From Nemertoderma westbladi (taxonomy: Eukaryota > Animalia > Xenacoelomorpha), in NCBI GenBank assembly GCA_032718475.1, contig JAUCBJ010008776.1:62001-126000 (forward strand): a DNA stretch of 64,000 nucleotides, given 5' to 3'. Positions 12,601 through 26,920 of this stretch are shown here, piece by piece. Position 1 is the first letter of the stretch; each line of letters begins with the position of its first letter. The position numbers were made by a program, and so were the translations under genes. The notes beneath the pieces were generated by a model. It made no database searches, was not told where the DNA came from, and saw only the letters and a program-made list of their open reading frames with translations.

Positions 12601-15600
12601 TGATGTATTCAATATATGGATGTGTACCATGGTGCTACATTACGTGTATGGACGTGTACCATGGTGCTACAGTTAGTATATGGACGTGTACCACGGTGCT
12701 GTAGTCAGTATATGGATGTGTACCAAGGTGCTGTATTCAATATATGGATGTGTACCATGGTGCTACATTACGTGTATGGACGTGTACCATGGTGCTGCAG
12801 TTAGTATTTGGACGTGTACCACGGTGCTGTAGTCAGTATATGGATGTGTACCATGGTGCTACACTACGTGTATGGACGTGTACCATGGTGCTACAGTTAG
12901 TATATGGACGTGTACCATGGTGCTACAGTTAGTATATGGACGTGTACCACGGTGCTGTAGTCAGTATATGGATGTGTACCATGGTGCTACACTACGTGTA
13001 TGGACGTGTACCATGGTGCTACAGTTAGTATATGGACGTGTACCACGGTGCTGTAGTCAGTATATGGATGTGTACCATGGTGCTGCATTACGTGTATGGA
13101 CGTGTACCGCGGTGCTGTAGTCAGTATATAGATGTGTACCATGGTGATACACTACGTGTATGGACGTGTACCATGGTGCTACAGTTAGTATATGGACGTG
13201 TACCACGGTGCTGTAGTCAGTATATGGATGTGTACCATGGTGCTGCATTACGTGTATGGACGTGTACCATGGTGCTGCATTTAGTATATGGACGTGTACC
13301 ACGGCGCTGTAGTCAGTATATGGATGTGTACCATGGTGCTGCATTACGTGTATGGACGTGTACCATGGTGCTGCATTTAGTATATGGACGTGTACCATGG
13401 TGATGTAGTCAGTATATGGATGTGTACCAAGGTGATGTATTCAATATATGGATGTGTACCATGGTGCTACATTACGTGTATGGACGTGTACCATGGTGCT
13501 ACAGTTAGTATATGGACGTGTACCACGGTGCTGTATTCAGTATATGGACGTGTACCATGGTGCTGCAGTACGTGTGTGGACGTGTACCATGGTGCTGCAG
13601 TTAGTATATGGACGTGTACCATGGTGCTGTAGTTAGTATATGGACGTGTACCACGGTGCTGTAGTCAGTATATGGACGTGTACCACGGTGCTGCAGTCAG
13701 TATATGGACGTGTACCAAGGTGCTACAGTTAGTATATGGACGTGTACCATGGTGCTGCAGTTAGTATATGGACGTGTACCACGGTGCTGCAGTCAGTATA
13801 TGGATGTGTACCATGGTACTGCATTACCTGTATGGACGTGTACCATGGTGCTGCAGTTAGTATATGGACGTGTACCAAGGTGCTGTATTCAATATATGGA
13901 TGTGTACCATGGTGCTACATTACGTGTATGGACGTGTACCATGGTGCTGCATTTAGTATATGGACGTGTACCACGGTGCTGTAGTCAGTATATGGATGTG
14001 TACCAAGGTGCTGTATTCAATATATGGATGTGTACCATGGTGCTACATTACGTGTATGGACGTGTACCATGGTGCTGCATTTAGTATATGGACGTGTACC
14101 ACGGTGCTGTAGTCAGTATATGGATGTGTACCAAGGTGCTGTATTCAATATATGGATGTGTACCATGGTGCTACATTACGTGTATGGACGTGTACCATGG
14201 TGCTGCAGTTAGTATATGGACGTGTACCAAGGTGCTACATTACGTGTATGGACGTGTACCATGGTGCTACAGTTAGTATATGGACGTGTACCACGGTGCT
14301 GTAGTCAGTATATGGATGTGTACCATGGTGCTGTATTCAATATATGGATGTGTACCATGGTGCTACATTACGTGTATGGACGTGTACCATGGTGCTACAG
14401 TTAGTATATGGACGTGTACCATGGTGCTGTAGTCAGTATATGGATGTGTACCAAGGTGCTGTATTCAATATATGGATGTGTACCATGGTGCTGCATTACG
14501 TGTATGGACGTGTACCATGGTGCTACAGTTAGTATATGGACGTGTACCACGGTGCTGTAGTCAGTATATGGATGTGTACCATGGTGCTACACTACGTGTA
14601 TGGACGTGTACCATGGTGCTACAGTTAGTATATGGACGTGTACCATGGTGCTACAGTTAGTATATGGACGTATACCACGGTGCTGTAGTCAGTATATGGA
14701 TGTGTACCATGGTGCTACACTACGTGTATGGACGTGTACCATGCTGCTACAGTTAGTATATGGACGTGTACCACGGTGCTGTAGTCAGTATATGGATGTG
14801 TACCATGGTGCTGCCTTACGTGTATGGACGTGTACCGCGGTGCTGTAGTCAGTATATGGATGTGTACCATGGTGCTACACTACGTGTATGGACGTGTACC
14901 ATGGTGCTACAGTTAGTATATGGACGTGTACCACGGTGCTGTAGTCAGTATATGGATGTGTACCATGGTGCTGCATTACGTGTATGGACGTGTACCATGG
15001 TGCTGCATTTAGTATATGGACGTGTACCACGGTGCTGTAGTCAGTATATGGATGTGTACCATGGTGCTGCATTACGTGTATGGACGTGTACCATGGTGCT
15101 GCATTTAGTATATGGACGTGTACCATGGTGATGTAGTCAGTATATGGATGTGTACCAAGGTGCTGTATTCAATATATGGATGTGTACCATGGTGCTACAT
15201 TACGTGTATGGACGTGTACCATGGTGCTACAGTTAGTATATGGACGTGTACCACTGTGCTGCATTCAGTATATGGACGTGTACCATGGTGCTGCAGTACG
15301 TGTGTGGACGTGTACCATGGTGCTGCAGTTAGTATATGGACGTGTACCATGGTGCTGTAGTTAGTATATGGACGTGTACCACGGTGCTGTAGTCAGTATA
15401 TGGACGTGTACCACGGTGCTGCAGTCAGTATATGGACGTGTACCAAGGTGCTACAGTTAGTATATGGACGTGTACCATGGTGCTGCAGTTAGTATATGGA
15501 CGTGTACCACGGTGCTGCAGTCAGTATATGGATGTGTACCATGGTACTGCATTACCTGTATGGACGTGTACCATGGTGCTGCAGTTAGTATATGGACGTG

Positions 15601-18600
15601 TACCAAGGTGCTGTATTCAATATATGGATGTGTACCATGGTGCTACATTACGTGTATGGACGTGTACCATGGTGCTGCATTTAGAATATAGACGTGTACC
15701 ACGGTGCTGTAGTCAGTATATGGATGTGTACCAAGGTGCTGTATTCAATATATGGATGTGTACCATGGTGCTACATTACGTGTATGGACGTGTACCATGG
15801 TGCTGCATTTAGTATATGGACGTGTACCACGGTGCTGTAGTCAGTATATGGATGTGTACCAAGGTGCTGTATTCAATATATGGATGTGTACCATGGTGCT
15901 ACATTACGTGTATGGACGTGTACCATGGTGCTGCAGTTAGTATATGGACGTGTACCAAGGTGCTACATTACGTGTATGGACGTGTACCATGGTGCTACAG
16001 TTAGTATATGAACGTGTACCACGGTGCTGTAGTCAGTATATGGATGTGTACCATGGTGCTGTATTCAATATATGGATGTGTACCATGGTGCTACATTACG
16101 TGTATGGACGTGTACCATGGTGCTACAGTTAGTATATGGACGTGTACCACGGTGCTGTCGTCAGTATATGGATGTGTACCAAGGTGCTGTATTCAATATA
16201 TGGATGTGTACCATGGTGCTACATTACGTGTATGGACGTGTACCATGGTGCTGCAGTTAGTATATGGACGTGTACCAAGTTGCTACAGTTAGTATATGGA
16301 CGTGTTCCATGGTGCTACAGTTAGTATATGGACGTGTACCAAGGTGCTACATTACGTGTATGGACGTGTACCATGGTGCTACAGTTAGTATATGGACGTG
16401 TACCACGGTGCTGTAGTCAGTATATGGATGTGTACCAAGGTGCTGTATTCAATATATGGATGTGTACCATGGTGCTGCATTACCTGTATGGACGTGTACC
16501 ACGGTGCTGTAGTTAGTATATGGACGTGTACCACGGTGCTGTAGTCCGTATATGGATGTGTACCAAGGTGCTGTATTCAATATATGGATGTGTACCATGG
16601 TGGTACATTACGTGTATGGACGTGTACCATGGTGCTGCATTTAGTATATGGACGTGTACCATGGTGATGTAGTCAGTATATGGATGTGTACCAAGGTGCT
16701 ACATTACGTGTATGGACGTGTACCATGGTGCTACAGTTAGTATATGGACGTGTACCACGGTGCTGTAGTCAGTATATGGATGTGTACCAAGGTGCTGTAT
16801 TCAATATATGGATGTGTACCATGGTGCTACATTACGTGTATGGACGTGTACAATGGTGCTGCAGTTAGTATATGGACGTGTACCAAGGTGCTACAGTTAG
16901 TATATGGACGTGTACCATGGTGCTACAGTTAGTATATGGACGTGTACCAAGGTGCTACATTACGTGTATGGACGTGTACCATGGTGCTACAGTTAGTATA
17001 TGGACGTGTACCACGGTGCTGTAGTCAGTATATGGATGTGTAACAAGGTGCTGTATTCAATATATGGATGTGTACCATGGTGCTGAATTACCTGTATGGA
17101 CGTGTACCACGGTGCTGTAGTTAGTATATGGACGTGTACCACGGTGCTGTAGTCAGTATATGGATGTGTACCAAGGTGCTGTATTCAAGATATGGATGTG
17201 TACCATGGTGCTACATTACGTGTATGGACGTGTACCATGGTGCTGCATTTAGTATATGGACGTGTACCATGGTGATGTAGTCAGTATATGGATGTGTACC
17301 AAGGTGCTACATTACGTGTATGGACGTGTACCATGGTGCTACAGTTAGTATATGGACGTGTACCACGGTGCTGTAGTCAGTATATGGATGTGTACCAAGG
17401 TGCTGTATTCAATATATGGATGTGTACCATGGTGCTACATTACTTGTATGGACGTGTACCATGGTGCTGCAGTTAGTATATGGACGTGTACCAAGGTGCT
17501 ACAGTTAGTATATGGACGTGTACCATGGTGCTACAGTTAGTATATGGACGTGTACCAAGGTGCTACATTACGTGTATGGACGTGTACCATGGTGCTACAG
17601 TTAGTATATGGACGTGTACCACGGTGCTGTAGTCAGTATATGGATGTGTACCAAGGTGCTGTATTCAATATATGGATGTGTACCATGGTGCTGCATTACC
17701 TGTATGGACGTGTACCACGGTGCTGTAGTTAGTATATGGACGTGTACCACGGTGCTGTAGTCAGTATATGGATGTGTACCAAGGTGCTGTATTCAATATA
17801 TGGATGTGTACCATGGTGCTACATTACGTGTATGGACGAGTACCATGGTGCTGCATTTAGTATATGGACGTGTACCATGGTGATGTAGTCAGTATATGGA
17901 TGTGTACCAAGGTGCTGTATTCAATATATGGATGTGTACCATGGTGCTACATTACGTGTATGGACGTGTACCATGGTGATGTAGTCAGTATATGGATGTG
18001 TACCAAGGTGCTGTATTCAATATATGGATGTGTACCATGGTGCTACATTACGTGTATGGACGTGTACCATGGTGATGTAGTCAGTATATGGATGTGTACC
18101 AAGGTGCTGTATTCAATATATGGATGTGTACCATGGTGCTACATTACGTGTATGGACGTGTACCATGGTGCTGCAGTTAGTATATGGACGTGTACCACGG
18201 TGCTGCCATCAGTATATGGATGTGTACCAAGGTGCTGCATTACGTGTATGGATGTGTACCATGGTGCTACATTACGTGTATGGACGTGTACCATGGTGCT
18301 GCAGTTAGTATATGGACGTGTACCACGGTGCTGTTGTCAGTATATGGATGTGTACCACGGTGCTGCAGTCAGTATACGGATGTGTACCATAGTGCTGTAG
18401 TCAGTTAATGGATGTGTACCATGATGCTACACTACGTGTGTGGACGTGCACCATGGTGCTGCAGTCAGTATACGGATGTGTACCATAGTGCTGTAGTCAG
18501 TTAATGGATGTGTACCATGATGCAGCTGTACGTGTGTGGATGTGCACCATGGTGCTGCAGTCAGTATATGAACGTGTACCATGGTGCTGTAGTTATTATA

Positions 18601-18740
18601 TGTATGTGTACATTGGTGCTGCGGTCTTTATGTTAACGTGTACCATGGTACTGCGGTCTGTATGTGGACGTGTACCATGGTGCTGCAGCCAGTATGTTGA
18701 CGTATACCATGGTGCAGCAGTCCGTGTGTCGACGCGTACT
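9700..18740. repeat. 32-bp satellite array, ~9 kb (~280 monomers) with higher-order structure
   Basis: Consensus TATGGAYGTGTACCAHGGTGCT plus a 10-nt variant tail; strict 32-bp period; diverged edges. Confidence 0.98.
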
Positions 18741-20134
18741 GCGTCCACTCCCTTGCGTCGTCTTAAAGGAACATTTAAATACCGATTACGAAATAGGAAA
18801 CGATTACGATTAGGAAACGAATGTGAAAATCTCGTGCTGAAAAGGCAAATCCATTTTCGAACTGCTCGAACCCAATATTAAATTTGGATTAATTTGTAGT
18901 CTACCATAATTTATAATTAGGACCCTACCACTCTCTTGCAAAGCAAACATTAACTGGTTGGTTTAGTTTGTAATCTATTACACCTTCAGCTGAATAACTC
19001 TTCCCAGTGCATCCTATAGGCCCTACTAGAGTGGTGCTAGATAGAGGGAATACAGAGTGGGATCTCTCTCAGACCAAAGGCAAATAATCATTTCACCCAG
19101 CTGATAGCTCCTTTAATCCAACACAAACTCTTGCCCTGGAATCAATGAAAGCGAATGTCTATTACAGTAGGTTCGCGGGAAATGCTGGCCACCTGAAAGG
19201 TTTTTTAGTTATACAGTAGTGTGTAGAATTAAGAAGATACTTTTTACATGTTTTTTTCTCTGATCAAAAGTTTGAAAAGTACTGCCAATCCATTCCCTAT
19301 GAAAAATAATGCAAAAAAATTATAATTAAATTTGCCGAATTTTTTGACGACTGGTTGGGGGTAAATTTTTTTCGATCCGCTATAACTCCGGAACGCTTGG
19401 TCCAAATTCGATGGGGTTTTTATTTTTCTACTTAATTCGATGTCCTCTTTCAGCCTATCCATGTTGCAATATTTTATTAACGCCTTTAAGGAATTCGATG
19501 GGGTTTTCGATTTTTATATTAAACGCAATATCCTGAATCTCAATAGCCTAGTTACGCGTCACCAATGCCAACACTTCATACTTTTTGAGGAAATCTTTCT
19601 AGAATAATTTGTAGTATTACATTCATAAGGATTTCTTATTACTGGGTGCATATAAAAGGTAAATAAAATAAATTTTCAATTTATTAACTAAACTCGATAT
19701 CGCGCATCGGACCAGCGAGGTTTCGAAATTCCAAAACCAGGTCTTCACTTTTGCAGGTTGATTTTGTAGGTTGATTTTGTTCTAGAATTAAGCAACAACT
19801 AATAATAGATCGAATTTCTTATTCTTAGTAAAGAACCGAATTTCTTACATTTACATCGAAGATGCGTCAACAAGGGCTCTTAATATAATAGACTGTTTAT
19901 TTTTTTTACCCACTTCTTACTACTTGTAAGAACATTATTATGCAAACTGTTTGCAGAACAAAGAAGCTAAACATTATAGATTTATTAACCAATAAAGCTA
20001 AAGATATCAAAGTAGGGAGGTTTGGCCTCACCTGCGAGTGTCTCATTCAACATCAATAACATTATTATTTTAACAGTTTCCTACAAACATTATTAGAAAG
20101 ACCCATTCGTTATTAATTACAAGACGATAAACTA

Positions 20135-21393
20135 CAGTAACGCTTTCAAATAACGTCCTATTGGATCCTAATAGGATCCTAATAGGAACCTAATAGGAAA
20201 TAAATAACCTTTAGGAAATCACTTGGAATTTGCCTAATGTAAGTCTACCTAGAGCGGCTAAATATCAAAGCTTAGAAGTGTCTGTCAATCAACCTGGAGG
20301 GATAGCTGAATGTAGTAAAGAGAGCCGCTTTGTCTAGTGGTGGAGTTGTATTTCCCTTCCCCTGACTTATCTTACAACAACGATACTCCCCATAGGCTAA
20401 TGTTAAATATGCAAAGTACACACTACTGGCTGTAACTCAACATCTGGACAAATTAACTACCATACGGTAAAGGTAACGCCGATTGTGTAAAATAGGCCCG
20501 CCAACACGTTGAGTGAGCCTCAACAAGTAGTTGGGCTGCTAAAGCGTAATCTGATTGTAATCGGACGTCAAACTTTTAATAATTTTATTTAAATTATTGT
20601 GCGAACTTTTTAGATCTGGCGATTTTACCATTTCCATGGTATAATAAATATAATTTATAATTAATATTAATATCAATATGCTTGGAGAGTTGAATGTGCT
20701 TTGTGGGTGTAGCAAATATAGCACATTTATTTAGTCGCCCAGTTTTAGCCCCTGTCTAATTATTAATTAAACTAATAAATTAAAATAAACTAATATTTAT
20801 TCTATTAATAATTACACAAACATTACACAAACACAAACTCTTTATTACTCTAAATATGTTCAATAGTAATAAATACAGTGTGTGATCCTACATTTATTTG
20901 TAAGTTCAATACGATTTTAAATTATTACAGAGCCTACCAGCCCACGGACGTTAACTATGTGCGGATGTGTGTGGATTTCATCTATTAGAGTTTATATTTT
21001 AAATATTATTTAGGTCAGAGGCTGGCAATACAAGGTACAGTAGGAGGAGTGTAATCTTCCATCGATAACCATACCTCAATGAACTGAACACTACGCAAAC
21101 TTTATGCTGAGTCTAGTCCATTCTATACATCTTAATGATTGACAGGATAGAGAAGAAGTAGACCAGCACAAGCATAGTCGGAGTCAGTCCACCTTCCAGA
21201 CATCAAAGTAAGCGCCGATTTCCAAGTAAATTCCTAATGAAATCCAAGTCAAATCCTAAGTGCCTCCAAGTCTGGAATTTGGGCTAAATTTCATTTCCAA
21301 TTAAATCCTAACTCCAATAGTAGTGAATCAGTGACTTGGATCCTAATAGGATCCTATTAGGTTCCAATACGACGTTATTTGAAAGCGGTACTG
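20135..21393. mobile_element. Tc1/mariner(pogo)-like non-autonomous element (1259 bp)
   Basis: TA TSDs; TIRs cagtaacgctttcaaataacgtcctattgga / tccaatacgacgttatttgaaagcggtactg; subterminal 11-bp ggatcctaata repeats at both ends. Confidence 0.75.
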
Positions 21394-21771
21394 TACAACA
21401 GTTATAGTTAGTGGTAAACGGTCTTTGTGAGTTGTTCAGCTTCGTTATTATGGTTGTCTGAATCGCGTTCCATAAGCAGGGAAGGAGAACTCACAGGTCG
21501 CGTCTCTGTATTTACCTTCAGACCAACAGATGTTCGCAGCCGTCTCACACTTGCATTCAAACATTCTGGAATTGTATAGTTTACATGGTTCCTTTGGGTA
21601 GCAATCTCTCTATAAAATATAATTATATTCATTTAATTTCAGTGGAAAATATTTTAATAATAATTATTATTATTTTAGTTTCCAAATTCAGGGAAAATTT
21701 TTAAAAACCAGTGATGTTAAGCGTGATTTGACATTTATTGCGTTGATTTGCGCTTTGCACCAGGTAACAGA

Positions 21772-21990
21772 GGCATCTTGGTCTGGTGGTAGCATTCTTG
21801 GGCTTCCAATGTGGTGGCCCCGGTTCGATCCATGGGTAGTGCAGCATCGTTTGAGCACAATGCTTTAAATGCTGCAGCCTAGGCCAACCCAGGCTTTCAT
21901 CCTCAACTCGTATATAAATGGGTACCGCGGCACCATGGGAAACAGAGTGGAAGGATTTACTGTAGAGGATCACCCATAAAGTAAAGTAAA
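21772..21990 (+). mobile_element. tRNA-derived SINE
   Basis: A-box-like tggtctggtgg, B-box ggttcgatcc, central ctttcatcc...taaatgggtacc motif, (TAAAG)n tail. Confidence 0.65.
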
Positions 21991-23069
21991 AATTTTAACT
22001 TTTCTTCAAAATTAACAAACAAGTAGCACACCCACACCATCAGTCAATTAATTTAAATATTCAGGAAGACTTGCATAGCGCGCGCTGGAACACAACCCGG
22101 AGGACCCCTTTCTCGCATGCCGCCCTACTACCCTACAAGAAATACGACGATACTGGTTCTCAGGGCTCCAGACACCTTGGTAACCATAGATAATTCCTCA
22201 TCGTACAGACAGTATAATTAATTGACGTCATCCTGATAAAAATATACTGTATATATTCTGTTAATATACTGTATATACTGCTATATTCATAATCACATTA
22301 TGCAGCGGCCCCCACTTGGAAAGAACAAGGTTGATGGAGCACGAAATAAATGGCTGAATGGTTCCCAAGGGCGGTTAGCAATTAGATGGCCCAAGTTCGG
22401 TTCTCGGTAGGATGCGTTTTTTACCGTTTAACAGTAAATGATGTAAACCCGTTTCGTAGAAATATAGACGAAAGCAATTAATGAGCTCACGCAGGTGTGG
22501 TATTAAGTGAACACCCGCCCCCAGCATAGTCGAGAGTATAGTTAGAATTATTTCCCTTCATTCTTCATTACTATGGCGCGCAATACGGTGCCAGAGGTAG
22601 CTGAGAAACGCCTTTAGATCATCATAGTTGGAGCGGGTACAATCAATATGCAGCCCAAATTAATAATTACTCGCGAAAACCATTGATTTGTAAAAAAAAA
22701 AATGCCGGATCGAAATAATTGGCCTGGAGGAAAATGTATAATACTACAGTATCTACATCCTCATTTAGTTTCGGAAGCAAATTTTACTGTAATATAAATT
22801 AACAAGTTGTTAACGAAGGTGATAACGGGAAAGATATCACTGCATTTTTTATTGATTTATCGCAAACCTGCAGTGTTTGAATGGAATACAATTATCAGAA
22901 ACGCTGTCTGTCTATTTGTCAGTTTACTCAGAGTCTGTCTGTTGATATGTTGCTAATGATATCGAAAACTATCATATCTTATAAAATTTTCCGGAACAAT
23001 TCCGGCTGCGATTAGCCGGTATTTCTTAACTGTAAATATTATAAATCACATTGTCTACAGTAGTGATAA

Positions 23070-23255
23070 AATAATAATAATAATAATATTGGTTATTTAT
23101 ATAGCGCTTTTCTACGCTCAGCATACTCAAAGCGCTTTTTTTATCATCACCCCAGCATTATACCGCTGGGGGTTGGCGTTTGGCACTAAAGTGTCTTACT
23201 TATGTGCGAAATTTCTACAGCATTTAGTAGGATTCGAACCTGTGCCGCCAAACAC
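23070..23255 (-). mobile_element. Degenerate SINE with L2-type 3' tail
   Basis: B-box ggttcgaatcc on the minus strand (~23230-23241); gcgctttgag...aagcgctatataaat followed by (TTA)n tail. Confidence 0.5.
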
Positions 23256-24109
23256 TATTTTGAAACCTGGTGGGAAACCAAGGGCTACAAATTAAAGACA
23301 CACCAAAATTGGAACAAACAAGTACCGGTATTGTGCGTTGTAGAGTGGATTTGTAGTTAAAAATATTTCCATTGAATGAAAGTACAGATGGTGTTAGCAA
23401 TACTACAGTACTAAAATAATTAAACTGTCTCGTACTAAATAAAAATAAAGAAAGGTTATTTAAAATTCTGTAAATTAAAAATAAATTAACTCAGTAGAAA
23501 ATATCCGGCCTCTAAAAAAATTAACACTGCATACGAGCATCACGTCCTGAATACTATGTTCTAGAAGTCCTTGCAATAATCTACATACACATTCGTGAGA
23601 CCTTATCGGTCTGTCTTTGGGCCAATCTGATGGTTGGTTCTATATTTACAGCTACTTCTATGTTTCTGTCAATTCCTATCCTAGCGGCAGACAGAAGAAC
23701 TATAAAAGACTATCTGTGTGTATAAATTCTAATTAAGCAATGTTCATAGGACACTCCTACTAAATTACAGATGAATCACTGATGGTTGGTACTGCAATTA
23801 CAGCTACTTCGAGATGTTGCCATACTTGTATAACTCCTCGTTGCATTGTGGCATATCTGCCATCCAGATACCCGGTGTCTTCAGCAGTTAGAGCCAAGCA
23901 TGGGCAGCCATAATGCAGAACAGGCTCCACTGCTGCACGGAAAATTCGTATCTTTATTATTTTGTTAGGCCAGCTAGGATGCTGAAAATTGCAATGCCAT
24001 ATATTTCTTCTTCGTGAAATTTCACAGGTTCCAAATTGCCCTCAAAATGTAGGACCCAAATCTCATTTGACTTCATGTAGCGCCGGTTTAACGAATCACC
24101 TAACTATAA

Positions 24110-24387
24110 TCGACATGCTGCATTGCAGCTGCATTATAAGCGGCATACCAACTAACATGCGTCACCACAATTTTCTGTCACAAATTACTTTCGCCAGATT
24201 ATACGCATCTTCAAGGCCGGTATCCTTCAAGAAGAGGTGTCTCAAGAAAGTGATGGGCTGTCTACCATGCTTATTTTCTCCATGGGGCACAGATTGTGCA
24301 CAGGTGGTACTCACGCGTAGGCGGCTTGGTTCAAGTGTCAAACTTGGAGAAACCAATGAGTCACCTCCAATGTTATATAGTATCTGA
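24110..24387 (-). mobile_element. RTE-like LINE 3' fragment
   Basis: VSPSLTLE..RLR..HGENKHGRQPITFLRHL..KDTGLEDA; same family as 58189-59063. Confidence 0.8.
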
Positions 24388-26629
24388 TGGGGTGGGTGTG
24401 TGTGTGTGACTTGTACTTGCTACAGTATATTGTAGTTGCATCACTTATATTTGTTTTTAGAAGATAGTTTGTTATTATTACACATATATTTACAACATAA
24501 ATAATGTGATAATGTGAATAACAGCAGTGTTAAATGTAATTTTTTTAAGTTTCACATCACTTATTGACGGCAAGTCATAGGGAAGTAGTCAAGCGTTGGC
24601 TAAAGAACAAAACTACAACACTGTGTGTGTATAACTACGAATAGAGAACTCTAGTTTTTTATTGTTTTGGTTAGAATACTGATTAACTGTAACCTGCTCC
24701 TTTCCTTTAAATGATAATCTAATAGTGAGGCGATATATTAATTATCCGTAATGGGAGACACTTTGTATGAAATACTAATGAATTTGTGTCAACGTAAGCT
24801 AGAAATAAGCAAAATCATTTACGAACATTTACGTTAATTGACCCTATATAGTATACTATCCTATACTATCAACCTTGAAGCCGCAGAATATTAAACACAA
24901 AATATTTTGATTATTATTCAAAGAGCGTAGTCAACTTAGCAAAATCTCACATTATCTCAAGCGGAATAGAGTACCAGAGATTGTGCAAGCGGCGTGATTC
25001 AAAGCGACCGTATATTAAGTAATCCATGGGATTCCTTACTCTTCTTTTAACAACGCAATCATATTAATTCTTATTTTCTTGAACTACCTGTGAGAAATAC
25101 CGCTGTCATCAGGATGTTTTCAGGGGATTAAACAGAAAAGTACGAGGTTGCAGCAATTTCGATACACCCCCCACCGTGTTACCGTCACGGTATCGAGTGT
25201 CCCCATACATAACGGATTCATTCACTTAGGTGGGATATTATTTAATTCTTTATCTCTCTACACTGTGTTCGCTTATTCCCCCGAGGAAGATAGGGTCAGG
25301 GAGTGGGAGGTGGACTGTATCTCAAGCCCCTACCTCGGTAATCCACTCTCGCAATTGATCACGGCGCTCGAGTATCTATTATCTGTGTGTGCACAGAGAG
25401 TTGGAGACGCTCCCGTGTAAAGTGCCCAGCATCGTGTTAGCCCTGCGCTCAAATGAATTCTTAAGAAGCATCACCGCACTAAACATTAGTGCTACTATAT
25501 AACAAATAGTTTGTCATTGTGCATTCAGTCAGCCATATAGGCACGATGGTTAGTGAAAGAATGGCACGAATCAAAGGGCATGTCTTCTTAGAGGCTCTAA
25601 AAAGGAATCCCGAAAGTTTAGTATTCAGAGACATTTTAAAGATACCACAACATAACTGAAAGGCACCAGAACATTGGATGATAATGAAATAAGTTAAGAC
25701 CCATACATTTCTTTGCCATGGTAACAGTACTTTACTATAATTCGAATTTATTATTTACGATAAATTACTGTAGGCCAAAGGTAGCTGGTAGCTCACTCAT
25801 TCCACTTAAATTATTATTGTAAATTTCCATGTGGATTTCAATATTTTTACACATTTTGGACACAAATTATACTTATGCAAAAGACATACATTTTGGTGTT
25901 CGGCGGGAGAGGGGTGGGGGTGTTATGGATCCTTCTGACTCTTGTAGAATATATCTATTATCCAGCTTATTATTTGCAATTTGATGAATTTGACAACTCT
26001 CTGGGACAAACAATCATAATTTACCTAACTAACATTTTTATTTATTATATATAATAGAATATATACATACACTAATAATAATATTTATTTATATCGCGCC
26101 TATATACATTGTTATAGGCCATACACATTGTTATAGCACAACGCAATAACTTTTATAATGCATTAACAATACCTGGTTGGTATGTCCATGTCCAGGTAAA
26201 GGCTATGTAGTATTATGTCAGTATTAAATTAAATAATATGACGCAAGATGTTGGGTTCATTTAATAGCAAGTCGTTTGATGACATAGGAATAGGAAGATT
26301 GGAAGTAGCCTGAGTAAATTACTGTGCTCAACTATTAAATTAGATTATAATATCCCGAATGGAAAGTTACAGCTATAGGCATAATAGCTTATGCGATTGT
26401 GGTATCAGAAAGTCTGAAAGATATAATATTTCTTGACACGTCATTAGCAATAGCTCAATAATATCCCTATAGAATATTCAAAACACAAACAGAATGACTC
26501 TTTGACACGAATAATATATCTGCTTTGTGAAATTTTACAGGTTCTAATTTGCCCTCAACATGTAGGATCCAAATCTCATTTGACTTAACTTAGCACCGGG
26601 AGCCGGTATAACGAATCACCTTACTATTA

Positions 26630-26920
26630 TCGACATGCTGCATAGCAGCTGCATTATAAGCGGCATACCAACTATAATGCGTCACCAAAATTCTCTACAA
26701 CAAATTACTTTCGCCAGATTATACGCATCTTCAATGCCAGTGTCCTTTAAAGGAGCATCTCAAGAAAGTCATGGGCTGTCCACCATGCTTATTCACTCCA
26801 CGATGCCGCCAAATCACAAGATCATGCGAAGGCTTGTCATCACGGCGAAATCAATGAGTTGCAAAGCTGAGGCGGCTCTTTTTAAGGGTAAAGCTTGGAG
26901 ATCTAATGAGTCACTCTCAA
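26630..26920 (-). mobile_element. RTE-like LINE 3' fragment
   Basis: Same 3' end (atgcagctgc.atgcagcatgtcga); shares ~110 bp of flank with the 24.1-kb copy. Confidence 0.75.

Noticed and set aside
9700-18740. CRISPR-like look (constant ~22 nt plus variable ~10 nt) and many MDVYHG.. ORFs
   Set aside because: Variable parts are a few recurring related variants, not unique spacers; no cas genes; the 32-bp period cycles frames so the ORFs are by-products
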